Positions 21,885 to 35,478 of a DNA stretch of 37,501 nucleotides are shown piece after piece; the stretch's first letter is position 1; every line of letters begins with the position of its first letter. The notes under the pieces are model-generated. The model was not told the origin of the DNA, did not search any database, and was given only the letters and a program-made list of their open reading frames with translations. A program made the position numbers and the translations under genes. The stretch comes from Octopus bimaculoides (Eukaryota), in NCBI RefSeq assembly GCF_001194135.2, contig NC_068985.1, positions 28,109,856 to 28,147,356 on the forward strand, written 5' to 3'.

Positions 21885-21985
21885 ATTCTTTCCTACTCTA
21901 GGCACAAGAGGTACTTAATTTATCGATCCCGAAAGGATGAAAGGCAAAGTCGACCTCGGCAAAATTTGAACTCAGAACGTAAACG
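21885..21985 (-). mobile_element. SINE family B fragment
   Basis: CGAAAGGATGAAAGGCAAAGTCGACCTCGGC core. Confidence 0.85.
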
Positions 21986-22224
21986 ATAAAAAGTATTATT
22001 TACGCCGTGGCTCAGTTTGCTAGAAAAAGTTTCCCAAATTTCTCCCAGTTCACGCCTTGCCGTTTTAGAGAAAAGAAGAGAAACTTTACATATTTTAGAT
22101 TTTTGGCAAACTGTGACGAGAAAAGGAAACCATAGCACCATTTCGGTGTCAAATAAAAGCAACAACAATATTTTACGCAAGCTTACTACGCCCCTGAGTG
22201 TATATGTGTGTGTGTGTGTGTGCG

Positions 22225-22425
22225 TATCTTTTACCTTTTACTTATATCAGTCATTAGACCGCGACCATGCTGGGGTGCCGTCTTGAGGAATTTTAGTCGA
22301 CCAAATCGACCCCCAGTAACTATTCTTTTTAAGCCTGTTACTCTATCGGTTCCTTTGGCCGAATTGCTGCATTACTAGGATGCAAACATACTAACATAGG
22401 TGGTCTAGCAGTGGTGGGGACAAAG
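22225..22425 (-). mobile_element. Diverged SINE family A, 3' half
   Basis: Similar to 1657-1816 (GACCATGCTGG....GCC...TTTAGTCGA..AAATCGACCCCAG). Confidence 0.75.
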
Positions 22426-22644
22426 ACAGACGAAGGAGTATACTCTTTACGTTGCCTGTCTCGTTTCTCTGTTTGTTTGTCTTTTTTTCGTTGCTCGAAA
22501 AAAGTTCGTTTTCTATGTTTTCGTTTCTCATTGTTTAACGCTTTTTTTATGTTCTGCACCCATATATGCATGTATGTATACATATAGATGTAGGTATGTA
22601 CATATATGTATGGATATATGCATATATTTATATATTAATTATAT

Positions 22645-22675
<31 letters not shown>

Positions 22676-23083
22676 NNNNNNNNNNNNNNNNNNNNNNNNN
22701 NNNNNNNNNNNNNNNNNNNNNNNNNNNNNNNNNNNNNNNNNNNNNNNNNNNNNNNNNNNNNNNNNNNNNNNNNNNNNNNNNNNNNNNNNNNNNNNNNNNN
22801 NNNNNNNNNNNNNNNNNNNNNNNNNNNNNNNNNNNNNNNNNNNNNNNNNNNNNNNNNNNNNNNNNNNNNNNNNNNNNNNNNNNNNNNNNNNNNNNNNNNN
22901 NNNNNNNNNNNNNNNNNNNNNNNNNNNNNNNNNNNNNNNNNNNNNNNNNNNNNNNNNNNNNNNNNNNNNNNNNNNNNNNNNNNNNNNNNNNNNNNNNNNN
23001 NNNNNNNNNNNNNNNNNNNNNNNNNNNNNNNNNNNNNNNNNNNNNNNNNNNNNNNNNNNNNNNNNNNNNNNNNNNNNNNNNNN

Positions 23084-23127
<44 letters not shown>

Positions 23128-23503
23128 ATGTGAATATAAATCTCCCAAATATTTTGATGAGTTCATCATTGACTACATCTAACGATCAATTTGGATCGCT
23201 CATTGAATATACCTCTATAGCTGAGAGGTCAGGTTGATTTTTTTTATCATTGATTATCTCTCTCTCTCTCTCCGTTTCATTGGTGACTACTAATGTATAT
23301 CGATTTCAGTGGTCAGTTTGACTGATTATCAGACGCTTCTTAGAGCAATAGGGTTGACTAATATATGGATATAAACTGTGGCAGAATAGGAATACTAGTT
23401 CGAGACTAACCACGTGTTACTTATTACAGCTGATTATCGTTTAGCATAAAGCTATTTTTTATACTGCACTTGGCAAGGTGACTGAGAACATCTTGTCACT
23501 CAC

Positions 23504-23560
23504 CTTGCGCAGTTTGGCGAATTACGGTCATCTCCGGTGCAGATGGCACTAATTTTTTTC
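23504..23560 (-). CDS. Candidate internal exon, 57 nt, symmetric phase
   Basis: Acceptor ACTTATTCTAG, consensus donor CAAG|GTGAGT; phase 1-1 gives (G)KKLVPSAPEMTVIRQTAQ. Confidence 0.55.
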
Positions 23561-23661
23561 CTAGAATAAGTTTCGAAGATTTTCTTTGTTTTATAAAGCT
23601 CATTTCCTTGTTTCATAAGCTCATTTTATTCTCAGAGATGCACTGTCTATGCTAATCTTAC

Positions 23662-23678
23662 CACGAATTCCGTGCTGG
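23662..23678 (-). CDS. Candidate 17-nt microexon
   Basis: Acceptor TGTTGTTCTGTATCTTTTACAG, donor GTG|GTAAGA; gives xQHGIR(G) in the frame of the two downstream exons. Confidence 0.5.
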
Positions 23679-24941
23679 CTGTAAAAGATACAGAACAACA
23701 TGCAGACTATAAGTAATCAGAAGGATCTTAATGTTACTATGTTGTAAACAAAATCACTTGGAACAGTGTGAGTGTTTTTGAACCTTGTTTATAGGTTTAT
23801 GTCTTGTTTAAAAATTGATGTCCAGATCTAAATTCATGTTCAGTTTCAAGATCGAAGCATTAAGGTACTAAATTATATCCCTTTCTGTGTTGGATTCAAG
23901 TACTCCTAAACTTTGACTTTGGCACCGTTGGAGAGGACCAATATCTACTACAAACGATCCGGCTGAAATTTGCAGTCTTTTGCTTATGACAATAATCCAT
24001 GTTGTCATTGTGAGGACAATGGATGTCGAAATAGCTATTCTGCCGGAATAAATGTCTTGTAGTACATAGCTCGGGTCTTTCACTTCTAAGTTCAAATCCT
24101 ACTGTGTTGGACTTTGTCTTACGAGATTGATGAAATAAGTACCAGTTGAGTAACAGTCTATTCAACCATGCAGCGAAGACTGTACTTCACTGATGAGGTT
24201 ATAGTAAGACATAAACACGTGCGGATTTGTTCCCCCTAGTTTCAACACCAGAAACAATAGTGAAAAACATATATTAATTATTGAATAATATTTTATTATT
24301 CATTTAATCTTTGTATAATTATTCCCACAAATTATTTTAATATATTCCATATATAACACTAACTTAATTTAGTTTAGTGAGGTTTTATGCAGGGAAAGGA
24401 AAATAGCAGTGAGAATGCAAGAAATCAGTGATCGCAATCAATGGGTTTTATTACAGAAGTACTGCGGGCAAAAAATAGATTAAAATTGAAGCCTAACCTA
24501 CACGGTACGCAACATAAAAAACAACAACACAAACAACACAAAAAACATTAACAAAATCAGTAATAATAGCAATTCACTTTATATTTCCCACCTCGGAGTT
24601 GAATATTACAACAAAATTATTGTTAGATTGTTTAGTAAATAAATTAGAATATATTTTAGTTTTGTAAAGTCAATTAATATAGGGAATTGGCTCTCTTTTT
24701 TAAACCGCAGTTCAAAAATTGTCACTTAGCTTTATAAAATATTAATATTTCTTTGACAGAATTACCATTCAATTATTCTGCTGCAACGTATTTCTGTGTA
24801 TGCGCGTCAGCAATTGTACGGACATTATATTAACAAGTTTCCTCAAAGAACGCATTCCTGTATTTGCATATAAATTCACTCAGCTATTTTATGCACAAAT
24901 ATTTTCACAGCCTATATTCCAACGGGTTAATCTGAACGCAG

Positions 24942-24991
<50 letters not shown>

Positions 24992-26001
24992 NNNNNNNNN
25001 NNNNNNNNNNNNNNNNNNNNNNNNNNNNNNNNNNNNNNNNNNNNNNNNNNNNNNNNNNNNNNNNNNNNNNNNNNNNNNNNNNNNNNNNNNNNNNNNNNNN
25101 NNNNNNNNNNNNNNNNNNNNNNNNNNNNNNNNNNNNNNNNNNNNNNNNNNNNNNNNNNNNNNNNNNNNNNNNNNNNNNNNNNNNNNNNNNNNNNNNNNNN
25201 NNNNNNNNNNNNNNNNNNNNNNNNNNNNNNNNNNNNNNNNNNNNNNNNNNNNNNNNNNNNNNNNNNNNNNNNNNNNNNNNNNNNNNNNNNNNNNNNNNNN
25301 NNNNNNNNNNNNNNNNNNNNNNNNNNNNNNNNNNNNNNNNNNNNNNNNNNNNNNNNNNNNNNNNNNNNNNNNNNNNNNNNNNNNATATATATATATATAT
25401 ACATATATATAAAAGTTGGTATGTATATGTGTTCATGCAAGTGTCTGTGTGTGTGTATATATTAGTGTCCGTGTGTGTGTGTTAATAGATGTATGAGTGC
25501 AGGTCAGTTTATGAGCGTGTAGCGATTTAACATGCAGTTTGCTTCACAACCTAATAACACAAGAAAACATGCTACACATATTGAAAAACGCACATACACA
25601 AACACACACACACACACAGACACATATGCATTAGCGTGCATGTAGGTGTGTTTTTCTGTGTTTATGTATAGAAAATAGTACTGCACACTTTATATACATA
25701 CACTCATATTAATTTTTTTTGAAAAAAAGACCCTCTTACCACAATGAGGTAAAAAAGACAAAAACAGAAAGAGAGACAGAAAGGCTGAGATAGAGAGATG
25801 GAGGGAGAGAGACATAGAGAAACAGTGAGAAAAATCTATGTGTGCATGTATGCAATATCTTTGTGTTTACATACAGAGGGACATTAAAACAGTAAAATAG
25901 CATATTTGCGAGAGAGTAAACCCAGACGTACTTCTGGTAGTGTGTATGTGTATAGGAAATGATTCGTGTGTGTGTGTTTGTGTATGTGTGTGTGTGTGTG
26001 C

Positions 26002-26088
<87 letters not shown>

Positions 26089-26615
26089 AGAGGAAAAAAA
26101 TTAACAATCTGGCATTATATAGAGAAACTGCTGCAGCAAAACTGGATCGTGTTGAGCAAGAATATTCTAAAATTCTTGAAGATCGCAATTTACAGCTTCC
26201 CCACAAGCGATTTAATATGGAAAAGGCAATAGATTATCTAAAGACTATAATTTTGCAACAATAAAACAAAGTAAAATAACAAAAAACAAAACAAAATAAC
26301 AAAAAAAAAACAAGATAAGAAAGAGAAATACAGAAAAGAAAATAGCGGCGTTAATATAGTTTATTTATTTATATATTTATTTATGTATTTATTTCTTTGT
26401 TTTCTTTCTTAACTTTTTTGAATGGTTGTGTATTTCAGAATTACTTTTCTAAAGATTCTTCCTAGCTTATGTCACCCAACTTTTTAAACGCTTTGGTGAA
26501 AATAGAATAGAAAATGAAGTAAATAAAAAAAAATTCTTTTATTTATATATTTTTATATTTCTATATAATTTTGGTTTATTTATACATTCATTTTTTTTTT
26601 TACATCTTAACCCAG

Positions 26616-26658
26616 GAACACATCAAATTGTCAAGCAGAACCGAAGAAGATTGAAAAA
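26616..26658 (+). CDS. Candidate internal exon, 43 nt
   Basis: Acceptor T-run..TACATCTTAACCCAG, donor AAA|GTATGT (coincides with a microsatellite start). Open phases THQIVKQNRRRLK or NTSNCQAEPKKIEK. Confidence 0.25.
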
Positions 26659-27262
26659 GTATGTATGTATGTATGTATATACATACACACATACACATAC
26701 ATGTATACATATACATTATCTATATGTACATNNNNNNNNNNNNNNNNNNNNNNNNNNNNNNNNNNNNNNNNNNNNNNNNNNNNNNNNNNNNNNNNNNNNN
26801 NNNNNNNNNNNNNNNNNNNNNNNNNNNNNNNNNNNNNNNNNNNNNNNNNNNNNNNNNNNNNNNNNNNNNNNNNNNNNNNNNNNNNNNNNNNNNNNNNNNN
26901 NNNNNNNNNNNNNNNNNNNNNNNNNNNNNNNNNNNNNNNNNNNNNNNNNNNNNNNNNNNNNNNNNNNNNNNNNNNNNNNNNNNNNNNNNNNNNNNNNNNN
27001 NNNNNNNNNNNNNNNNNNNNNNNNNNNNNNNNNNNNNNNNNNNNNNNNNNNNNNNNNNNNNNNNNNNNNNNNNNNNNNNNNNNNNNNNNNNNNNNNNNNN
27101 NNNNNNNNNNNNNNNNNNNNNNNNNNNNNNNNNNNNNNNNNNNNNNNNNNNNNNNNNNNNNNNNNNNNNNNNNNNNNNNNNNNNNNNNNNNNNNNNNNNN
27201 NNNNNNNNNNNNNNNNNNNNNNNNNNNNNNNNNNNNNNNNNNNNNNNNNNNNNNNNNNNNNN

Positions 27263-27322
<60 letters not shown>

Positions 27323-29421
27323 TAAAATCTGGAATCAAAGAAATTGAATTAAGAAAGATGTTACAAATCATCTTTTTTTCTTTATACTTTATTGAGCATC
27401 CATCACAGCTACTCCGCCCTTTCCTCTTACTGTATACTGGCAATATGGAAAGTAGGCAAGCGACACCGTGCAAAAAAAAATGATAATAATAATAAATAAA
27501 TAAACAGAAAAAGAGAGAGAAAGAGAGAGAATTTCGATGCGTGTTGAGATTTTGTATCTAATCAGTGAAAACTCCAACGAGATATGTTGGATTACGCAAA
27601 ATAATCTCTGTGAACGATTCCGCTTTGAATTATGCCGAAAATGTGTTAAAAAAAAAGTAAATTAATACCTGTCAATGACATATTTTGACTGTATACACGA
27701 AAGTAATATTGGCATACATACATGCTTACATATATTCATNNNNNNNNNNNNNNNNNNNNNNNNNNNNNNNNNNNNNNNNNNNNNNNNNNNNNNNNNNNNN
27801 NNNNNNNNNNNNNNNNNNNNNNNNNNNNNNNNNNNNNNNNNNNNNNNNNNNNNNNNNNNNNNNNNNNNNNNNNNNNNNNNNNNNNNNNNNNNNNNNNNNN
27901 TATATATATATATATATGCGTGTGTGTGTTCATATGTATATGAGTGTGTGTATATATATGTATGTATGTATGTATGTATATATATATATGTGTGTGTGTA
28001 TATATATATAAATATATGTGTGTGTGAATGAGTGAGTGTGTATGTGTATGTTACAGAAGGCCAACGATACGTGACAAAATGAGATGGAATATTTTTGTAA
28101 TATGTTAATTAGAAATGTACTAATCGGTGTAGATCAGAAATCTAAACTTCTGAACGCGTGTTCACTCTCAAATTTTAATTTCTTATAGAATCTATTTTAA
28201 AGTACTAGCGTCTTCCTGGCAACCTTGAGAAAAAAAAATGTAACATGGACGATGCCTTCTACTTCGTAAATGTTAATCTTTTTTGCATAATCGAAATGAA
28301 TGGTTGAAAACACAAAAAGAGTCGGTGAGAGATGTTACAAAAGACAAAACGAAAGAATCTTCAGCATTTTGTTTCATGCACCTTAAATCTATGCTCTGAT
28401 CTCACTGAATTTCGTTTAATCGACTATATTTTCTCCTGAGGGAAACCGGATGTCTGTCAGTTCAAGAGAAACCATTTGATCTTAAGCAGAACTCCATTTT
28501 TTATAATGTACTGAAATTTCACATATTTCTGTATATTTGGAAAATTTACGAATTATAGATGGGAAGTTTTCAAATTTTAGGGTAATAATGTTGAATCTTC
28601 AGATGGTGGTCATGACAAAATTCTTTCAGAGATAGACCCAAAATCTTAGAAATTCAAAGATATGATAAAAACACACACAGATGATAATTTTGATGTTTTT
28701 TATGATGGAAAATATGTTGAGAAACTACGAAAAAATAACTAACGCTTATTTTCCTTTCTTACCCGTTATTTAGTCCGAGTAGGACTGGATACTGGGAAAA
28801 TCAGTGGAATAATTGAAAAACAAACATGTTGTATTTAGCTACGTCTCATTATGTTTTGAGTTCAATTCTCACCGTAGTCAACTTTATCTTTTAATCCTCC
28901 TGGGATCCATAAAATAACTTGTCGACTGCATCAACTAAATCTTCGTGCTAGTATTAAGATTCGTTATTTACTCTGAAGAAAAGTTAGACCCGTTCCCTTT
29001 GCAGGCCACACAAACTGGTGATGTTGATGCAACTGCTTAAACTAATATACATTAATGACTGTTGAGTAAACTTTTGCAGGAATGTCCTGTATAGCTGTAG
29101 CTTGAGAAAATAAGAGTTTGATTAGAAGAGTTTCGTTAGAAGAGATATAAAGGGCTAGACTTGTGTGAGAAGAAGAGAAGTGAAATGCGCAGAGCAAGGA
29201 GAGTGTAGAGCCTGAAAGATCAGTAGGGCAAAGATTGTCGTAGAAACGACAGAGCAAAGAAAATGAGCATAGAGAAGCGTATGCGTGAGGTTTTGGTTTT
29301 AGTTTTATTACTATTGCAAATTATGATTATTGATTTTGACTGAGCACAGATCGTAATTCTATAAAAACAGTTGATCTTTCAAACTCGGGATGATTTAACA
29401 AAAAATCTGTCTGCACAAGAG

Positions 29422-29463
<42 letters not shown>

Positions 29464-30084
29464 GGAGGGAGGCGAGAAAAGAAAAGAAGAAAAGGAACGC
29501 TTATGAGGGCTTAGCATACGTTAATGTTATGAATATGTTTCTATTGAATTTACTAATAAATTTTCTAATGTTAAGAAATCGCGTAATTTCTCAAAGTGAA
29601 TTTAGCAACCAACAAACTAAGTCGTACAAAGATGTTCAATACAATTTACATTTAATGTTTTTTTTTAATTTCCTTTCTAATGATATTACTTTAAAGATTC
29701 CCATAAGAAAATTTTATGCAATACCTATGAAACACATTATGATTGCAGAAATGGATTCAACATTTTTTTGTATATAAATGTGAGTTGTTTTATTTCATAC
29801 TAAATAGTCCAAATTAACACCAGTTCATTATAAGTATTTTGATGGTAATTTAATTCGTAGATATATTACTATTGCATTGTGTTTCATTTCTCTTAACTGT
29901 GATGCATAAAATCAAAATTATCAGAGGTAAGATGAGTTACACAATTGTCTTTCACTTTAATTATTCTGATCATATTAATTAATTGTTTAATTAATAAATT
30001 CTATATTGATGTGTCTCGTTTGTTAATACTTAATACAGAATACTTCCAAAAGAATAACATCCAGAATAACAGATAACCAAAGCA

Positions 30085-30800
30085 AACAGGCGAAGAAGAT
30101 TTGATTTGTTTTTTCTCAAACGAGAAAAACTTCGATCAACATAAAAAAAGTTAAGAGAAGAAACGACAGATGTTTATGTGCAGACCCTTCTGAAGTTCCA
30201 AGTGTTATGCATACAAAATTTCCTGCAACTGTCATGGTTTTAGGGGTTGTCAGCAATAAACAACATGTGATGCCTCCTTACTTCTTTCCACACTGCCTTA
30301 GAATTAACTCTGCCACCTACACTGAGGTCCTGGAAGTAACTGTTAAGCCCTGGACAGACAGTGTATGCAATGGAAGCCCATATGTGTTTTAGTAAGACTC
30401 TGCACTATCACACATGGCTCTAATAATACAGGAATGGATGGCTGAAAATTTTCATGATCACATAACACCTAACATTTGGCCTCCTAGTTCCCAGATCTCA
30501 ATCCATTGGACCATTATTACATGTGGAGCGTTGTTGAGAGAGAGATCAATGACCACGCGCATAACACCAAATATTCTTTGAAAGCTGCCATAGTCAGGGT
30601 AATGTCCAAAATGAACAAGGACCACTTGATTTAGATCTCATATAGAAGCAGTTGAAGCTGAAGGTGGCCTTATTGAATAACATTATAGAAAAGAAGGTTT
30701 ATTTTTATCCTCATAATATTTTTTGATAAAGTTATCATCTGTTATTATATATGTTTTTTATAAACATAAATCTGTTCTCAAATATCTTATGCACCCTATA
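30085..30800 (+). mobile_element. Tc1/mariner DD37D-type transposon 3' part with decayed transposase
   Basis: FFSNEKNF...RNDR....P.EVP.VMHTKFPATVMVLGVVS...VKPW...YVF**DSA...WPPSSPDLNPLD, with 37 residues between the second and third D. The element ends ...GCACCCTA+TA. Confidence 0.9.
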
Positions 30801-30809
30801 TATGTGTGT

Positions 30810-31043
30810 TATTTCTTTACTACCCACAAGGGCCTACACACAGAGGGGACAAACAAAGACAGACAAACGGATTAAGACGATTATATCGACCCCAGTGCGT
30901 AACTGGTACTTATTTAACCGACCCCGAAAGGATGAAAGGCAAAGTCGACCTAGGCGGAATTTGAACTCAGAACGTAGCGTCAGACGAAATACCGCTAAGC
31001 ATTTCGCCCGGCGTGCTAACGTTTCTGCCAGCTCGCCGCCTTA
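30810..31043 (-). mobile_element. Full-length SINE family B, tail type 1, with 17-bp TSD
   Basis: ACCCTATATATGTGTGT at 30793-30809 and 31044-31060. Confidence 0.92.
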
Positions 31044-31288
31044 ACCCTATATATGTGTGTATATGAGCATTTCATAGTTGGCCTCGACAGACACACATCT
31101 CTGCTGTATTCTTAGATATTCTTTTGATCTGTAAAATTACTTCTCATCTGATGATTACGGTCTTTTGTAATGGAGTAATGTTCCCATTCTTCTATTAAAA
31201 AGTTACTTAAGAAACAGCTGTAATGAGCTGACATTGATCCATTGTATGTTATTATTCATTTGACTATAGATAAAAATATATATATATT

Positions 31289-31536
31289 TTCTTTTACTTG
31301 TCTCAGTCATCTGACTGCGGCCACGCTGGAGCACCGCCTTTAGTCGAAGAAATCGACCTCAGGATTCATTGTTTGTAAGCCTAGTACTTATTCTATCGGT
31401 CTCTTGTCGAACCGTTAAGTGACGGAGACGTAAACACACCAACATCGGTTGTCAAGTGATTTGGGGGGAACAAACACAAACACACACACACACACACACA
31501 CAAAGGCACACACATACACACACACACACACACACA
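31289..31536 (-). mobile_element. SINE family A, 3' half, running into a gap
   Basis: Near-identical to 11385-11600. Confidence 0.88.
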
Positions 31537-31845
31537 NNNNNNNNNNNNNNNNNNNNNNNNNNNNNNNNNNNNNNNNNNNNNNNNNNNNNNNNNNNNNNNN
31601 NNNNNNNNNNNNNNNNNNNNNNNNNNNNNNNNNNNNNNNNNNNNNNNNNNNNNNNNNNNNNNNNNNNNNNNNNNNNNNNNNNNNNNNNNNNNNNNNNNNN
31701 NNNNNNNNNNNNNNNNNNNNNNNNNNNNNNNNNNNNNNNNNNNNNNNNNNNNNNNNNNNNNNNNNNNNNNNNNNNNNNNNNNNNNNNNNNNNNNNNNNNN
31801 NNNNNNNNNNNNNNNNNNNNNNNNNNNNNNNNNNNNNNNNNNNNN

Positions 31846-31902
<57 letters not shown>

Positions 31903-31989
31903 ATATTTTCTAGTTTATATGTGTTTTTCTGTATGCGTGGGTTTGTGTCTGCTTGTGCATTTTACGATTGCTTCTGAGTAGTTCTCTCT

Positions 31990-33240
31990 ATGCATATGAT
32001 GATAATCTAAAGTGTCCTATCTGCGCATGCGTGCAGCTGTTTGTATGTGGACTATAATTGTGTCTATCTGTGTTAATAACTGTGGCGGTAGTGGTTGTAG
32101 TGACTATGTTGGTGATGGTCTCAGCGACATTAATTGTGGTGGTGGTGAGGGTGGTGAGGGTGGTGATGATGGTGGTAGTTGCAGTTGTAGCGATGGTGTT
32201 GGTGCTGGTTTTAGTCGTATTCATTGTGGTGATGATGGTGGTGCTGGCCGTAGTGGTATCGGTGGTGGTGAGGCTGGTGGTTGTGGTGGTGGTGGTGGTG
32301 GTGTGGGTGATGATGATGATTATCATGAAGGTGATGGTAGTGGTTGTAGTGATGATGCTGGTTTTAGCGGCATCAATTGTGGTGGTGGTGCTGGTGGCGG
32401 CGTGGTGGTGATGCTGGTGGTTGTTACCGTAGAGTTGACACTGGAGTTGTCAATTGTATTTGTAATGGAGATAGTGGGGGGGGGGTGATGAAATGTTTGT
32501 GTTTGTTGGTGATTGTGAAATTACTATTGCCTCTGGTTAGTTCTGACTGACCTGGCTTATGGTCACTGGCATTTCAGCCTTAAACATCTTTGTTTTTTTC
32601 TTTTCCTCCCCTTTTCTTTCCTTTTCCTTTCCTTTTTATTTTTTGTCTGTGTGGCTGAATTTAGGACTACTTTCTCTAATGTATCATTCTCTTTAGGTCA
32701 GACGGCTGTGGTTTGATAGAATTCAGTCGCTATTTCTTGAAAATCAAGTAAACACACAAAGGCTCCTGTCGAATATGGACAGATAATTGTGGGTTATGAA
32801 AACGATTGTAGCATTGATAAAATAGCGGTGATGCCGGTGATATTTCTGATGATGGCGTGCATCCGCTAATGGTTCACAATATCGGTCACGTTGATGGTTA
32901 TTATAATGACGTTGCTGGAGATAGATTTAGTGGTATTGCTGGTGGTGTTGATATGAGGAATGATTAAAGTGTTAATGATTATCGTGATGATAATTTCTGG
33001 TTGTCTTGATGGTGATGTGGATCGTAGATAATGGTAGTGGAGGTAACAAAGATCGATCGCGGGTGGTTGGAGTGGTAATGTACGTAGCAGCGATGCTGGT
33101 GAGGTTCGTCGTGGGCAGTGGAGGGTAATGTTAATGATGATGAGGATGAGGGTGAGGATAAGGTTAAGGGTGGCACTGGTGATGATGAGGGAGGTGGCGG
33201 GTGTATTGGTGATCGCGATGATTATGGATAAGCGTGATGC
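31990..33240. repeat. Degenerate (GGT)n/(GAT)n trinucleotide tracts (about 31990-32490 and 32830-33240)
   Basis: Low-complexity triplet repeats giving poly-G, poly-V and poly-T ORFs. Confidence 0.9.
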
Positions 33241-33352
33241 GTCGAACAAAAGAAGGGAGAGATCGTAACTGACGACTTTTAAGAGAATTTGGATTTTCAA
33301 TCAACTAGGTAAGGATTGTCGTTCGCTGATCTTAAAGGAAGTGAAAAATAGA

Positions 33353-34339
<987 letters not shown>

Positions 34340-35416
34340 TCATTCTAAGTTTTGACTTAAGAGCACCGATTTTGCGGAGAGGGGAAGTCGATTGCATCTA
34401 CCCAGGTGCTAAGCTGATGTTTATTTTATCGATCTCTAAAGGTTGAAAATAAGATCATCTTTAGTGGATTCAGAAGATAAAGAGCCGAAAGAATGCCGTG
34501 AAGTATTTTGTTCGGCTTGCTGCTGACGACGATGATGATGATACGACAATATTTGAACAAATGTTTGATGTCGAACTCCTAATACAAGAAAGCCTTAAAC
34601 TGAACTCACGACCATCGCATATTCTACAACAATTTTAAGGAAGATTATTGAGATTTGAGGAAACTTGTAGCCACCATACATCATGATAAAATACCTGCTA
34701 ACTAGATTAGCATGCACTAGCGTGATAATAATACTAACGTTGGCACAAGGCAAGTAATTTTGAGGGGAGGGAAAAGCAGCCGATTATATAGAACCCCAGT
34801 ACTTGACCATTGTCTTTCTTCGGGATTCTGGAAGGGTCAAAAGCAAATATGACCTCGACGAAAATTGAACTTAGAACTTGAAGTAGTGGAATAAATACCG
34901 CAAGGCATCTTGTCGAACGCTCAAATGATTCTTCCAGTTATAGTAATTTCCAATTTTGCACAATTTTTCCAGTAATTTTTTAAGGCCGGGGCAAGTTGTT
35001 TACATCGACCCCAGTACTTGAGAGGTACTTTATTATATAAACTCCGAAAGGACGAAAAGGAAAATTGACATCGGTTGGATTAGAACTCGAAATGTAAAGC
35101 GCCGGAGGAAAGACTACGATTTTTTTTTTTTTTTTTATGAGACGCACTAACAGTCAATTCTGCCACCTCGCCGCCTAATCCATAATAATGTTATTTCTAC
35201 TACAGGCACAAGGCCTGCTACAGGCACAAGGCCTGCTACAGGCACAAGGCCTGAAACGTTGTTTGGGGAGTGGGTAAGTTAACTACATCGACCCCAGTAC
35301 TCAACAGGCAATTACATTCATCGATCCCGATGGATGAAATGCAAAGTCACTTCGGTTGAATAAAATGTCAATAAACATTTCGCCCAGTGTCCTAACGATT
35401 CTACCAGCTCACCACC

Positions 35417-35478
<62 letters not shown>

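Noticed and set aside
29042-29257. 71-aa minus-strand ORF
   Set aside because: No motif, pyrimidine-biased composition and no supporting splice structure
31146-31180. CTGATGA followed by a TTAC/GTAA stem
   Set aside because: No GAAA or stem III. The same applies to the CTGATGA/CTGACGA sites near 7043 and 33897 and the minus-strand sites near 5345 and 13885.
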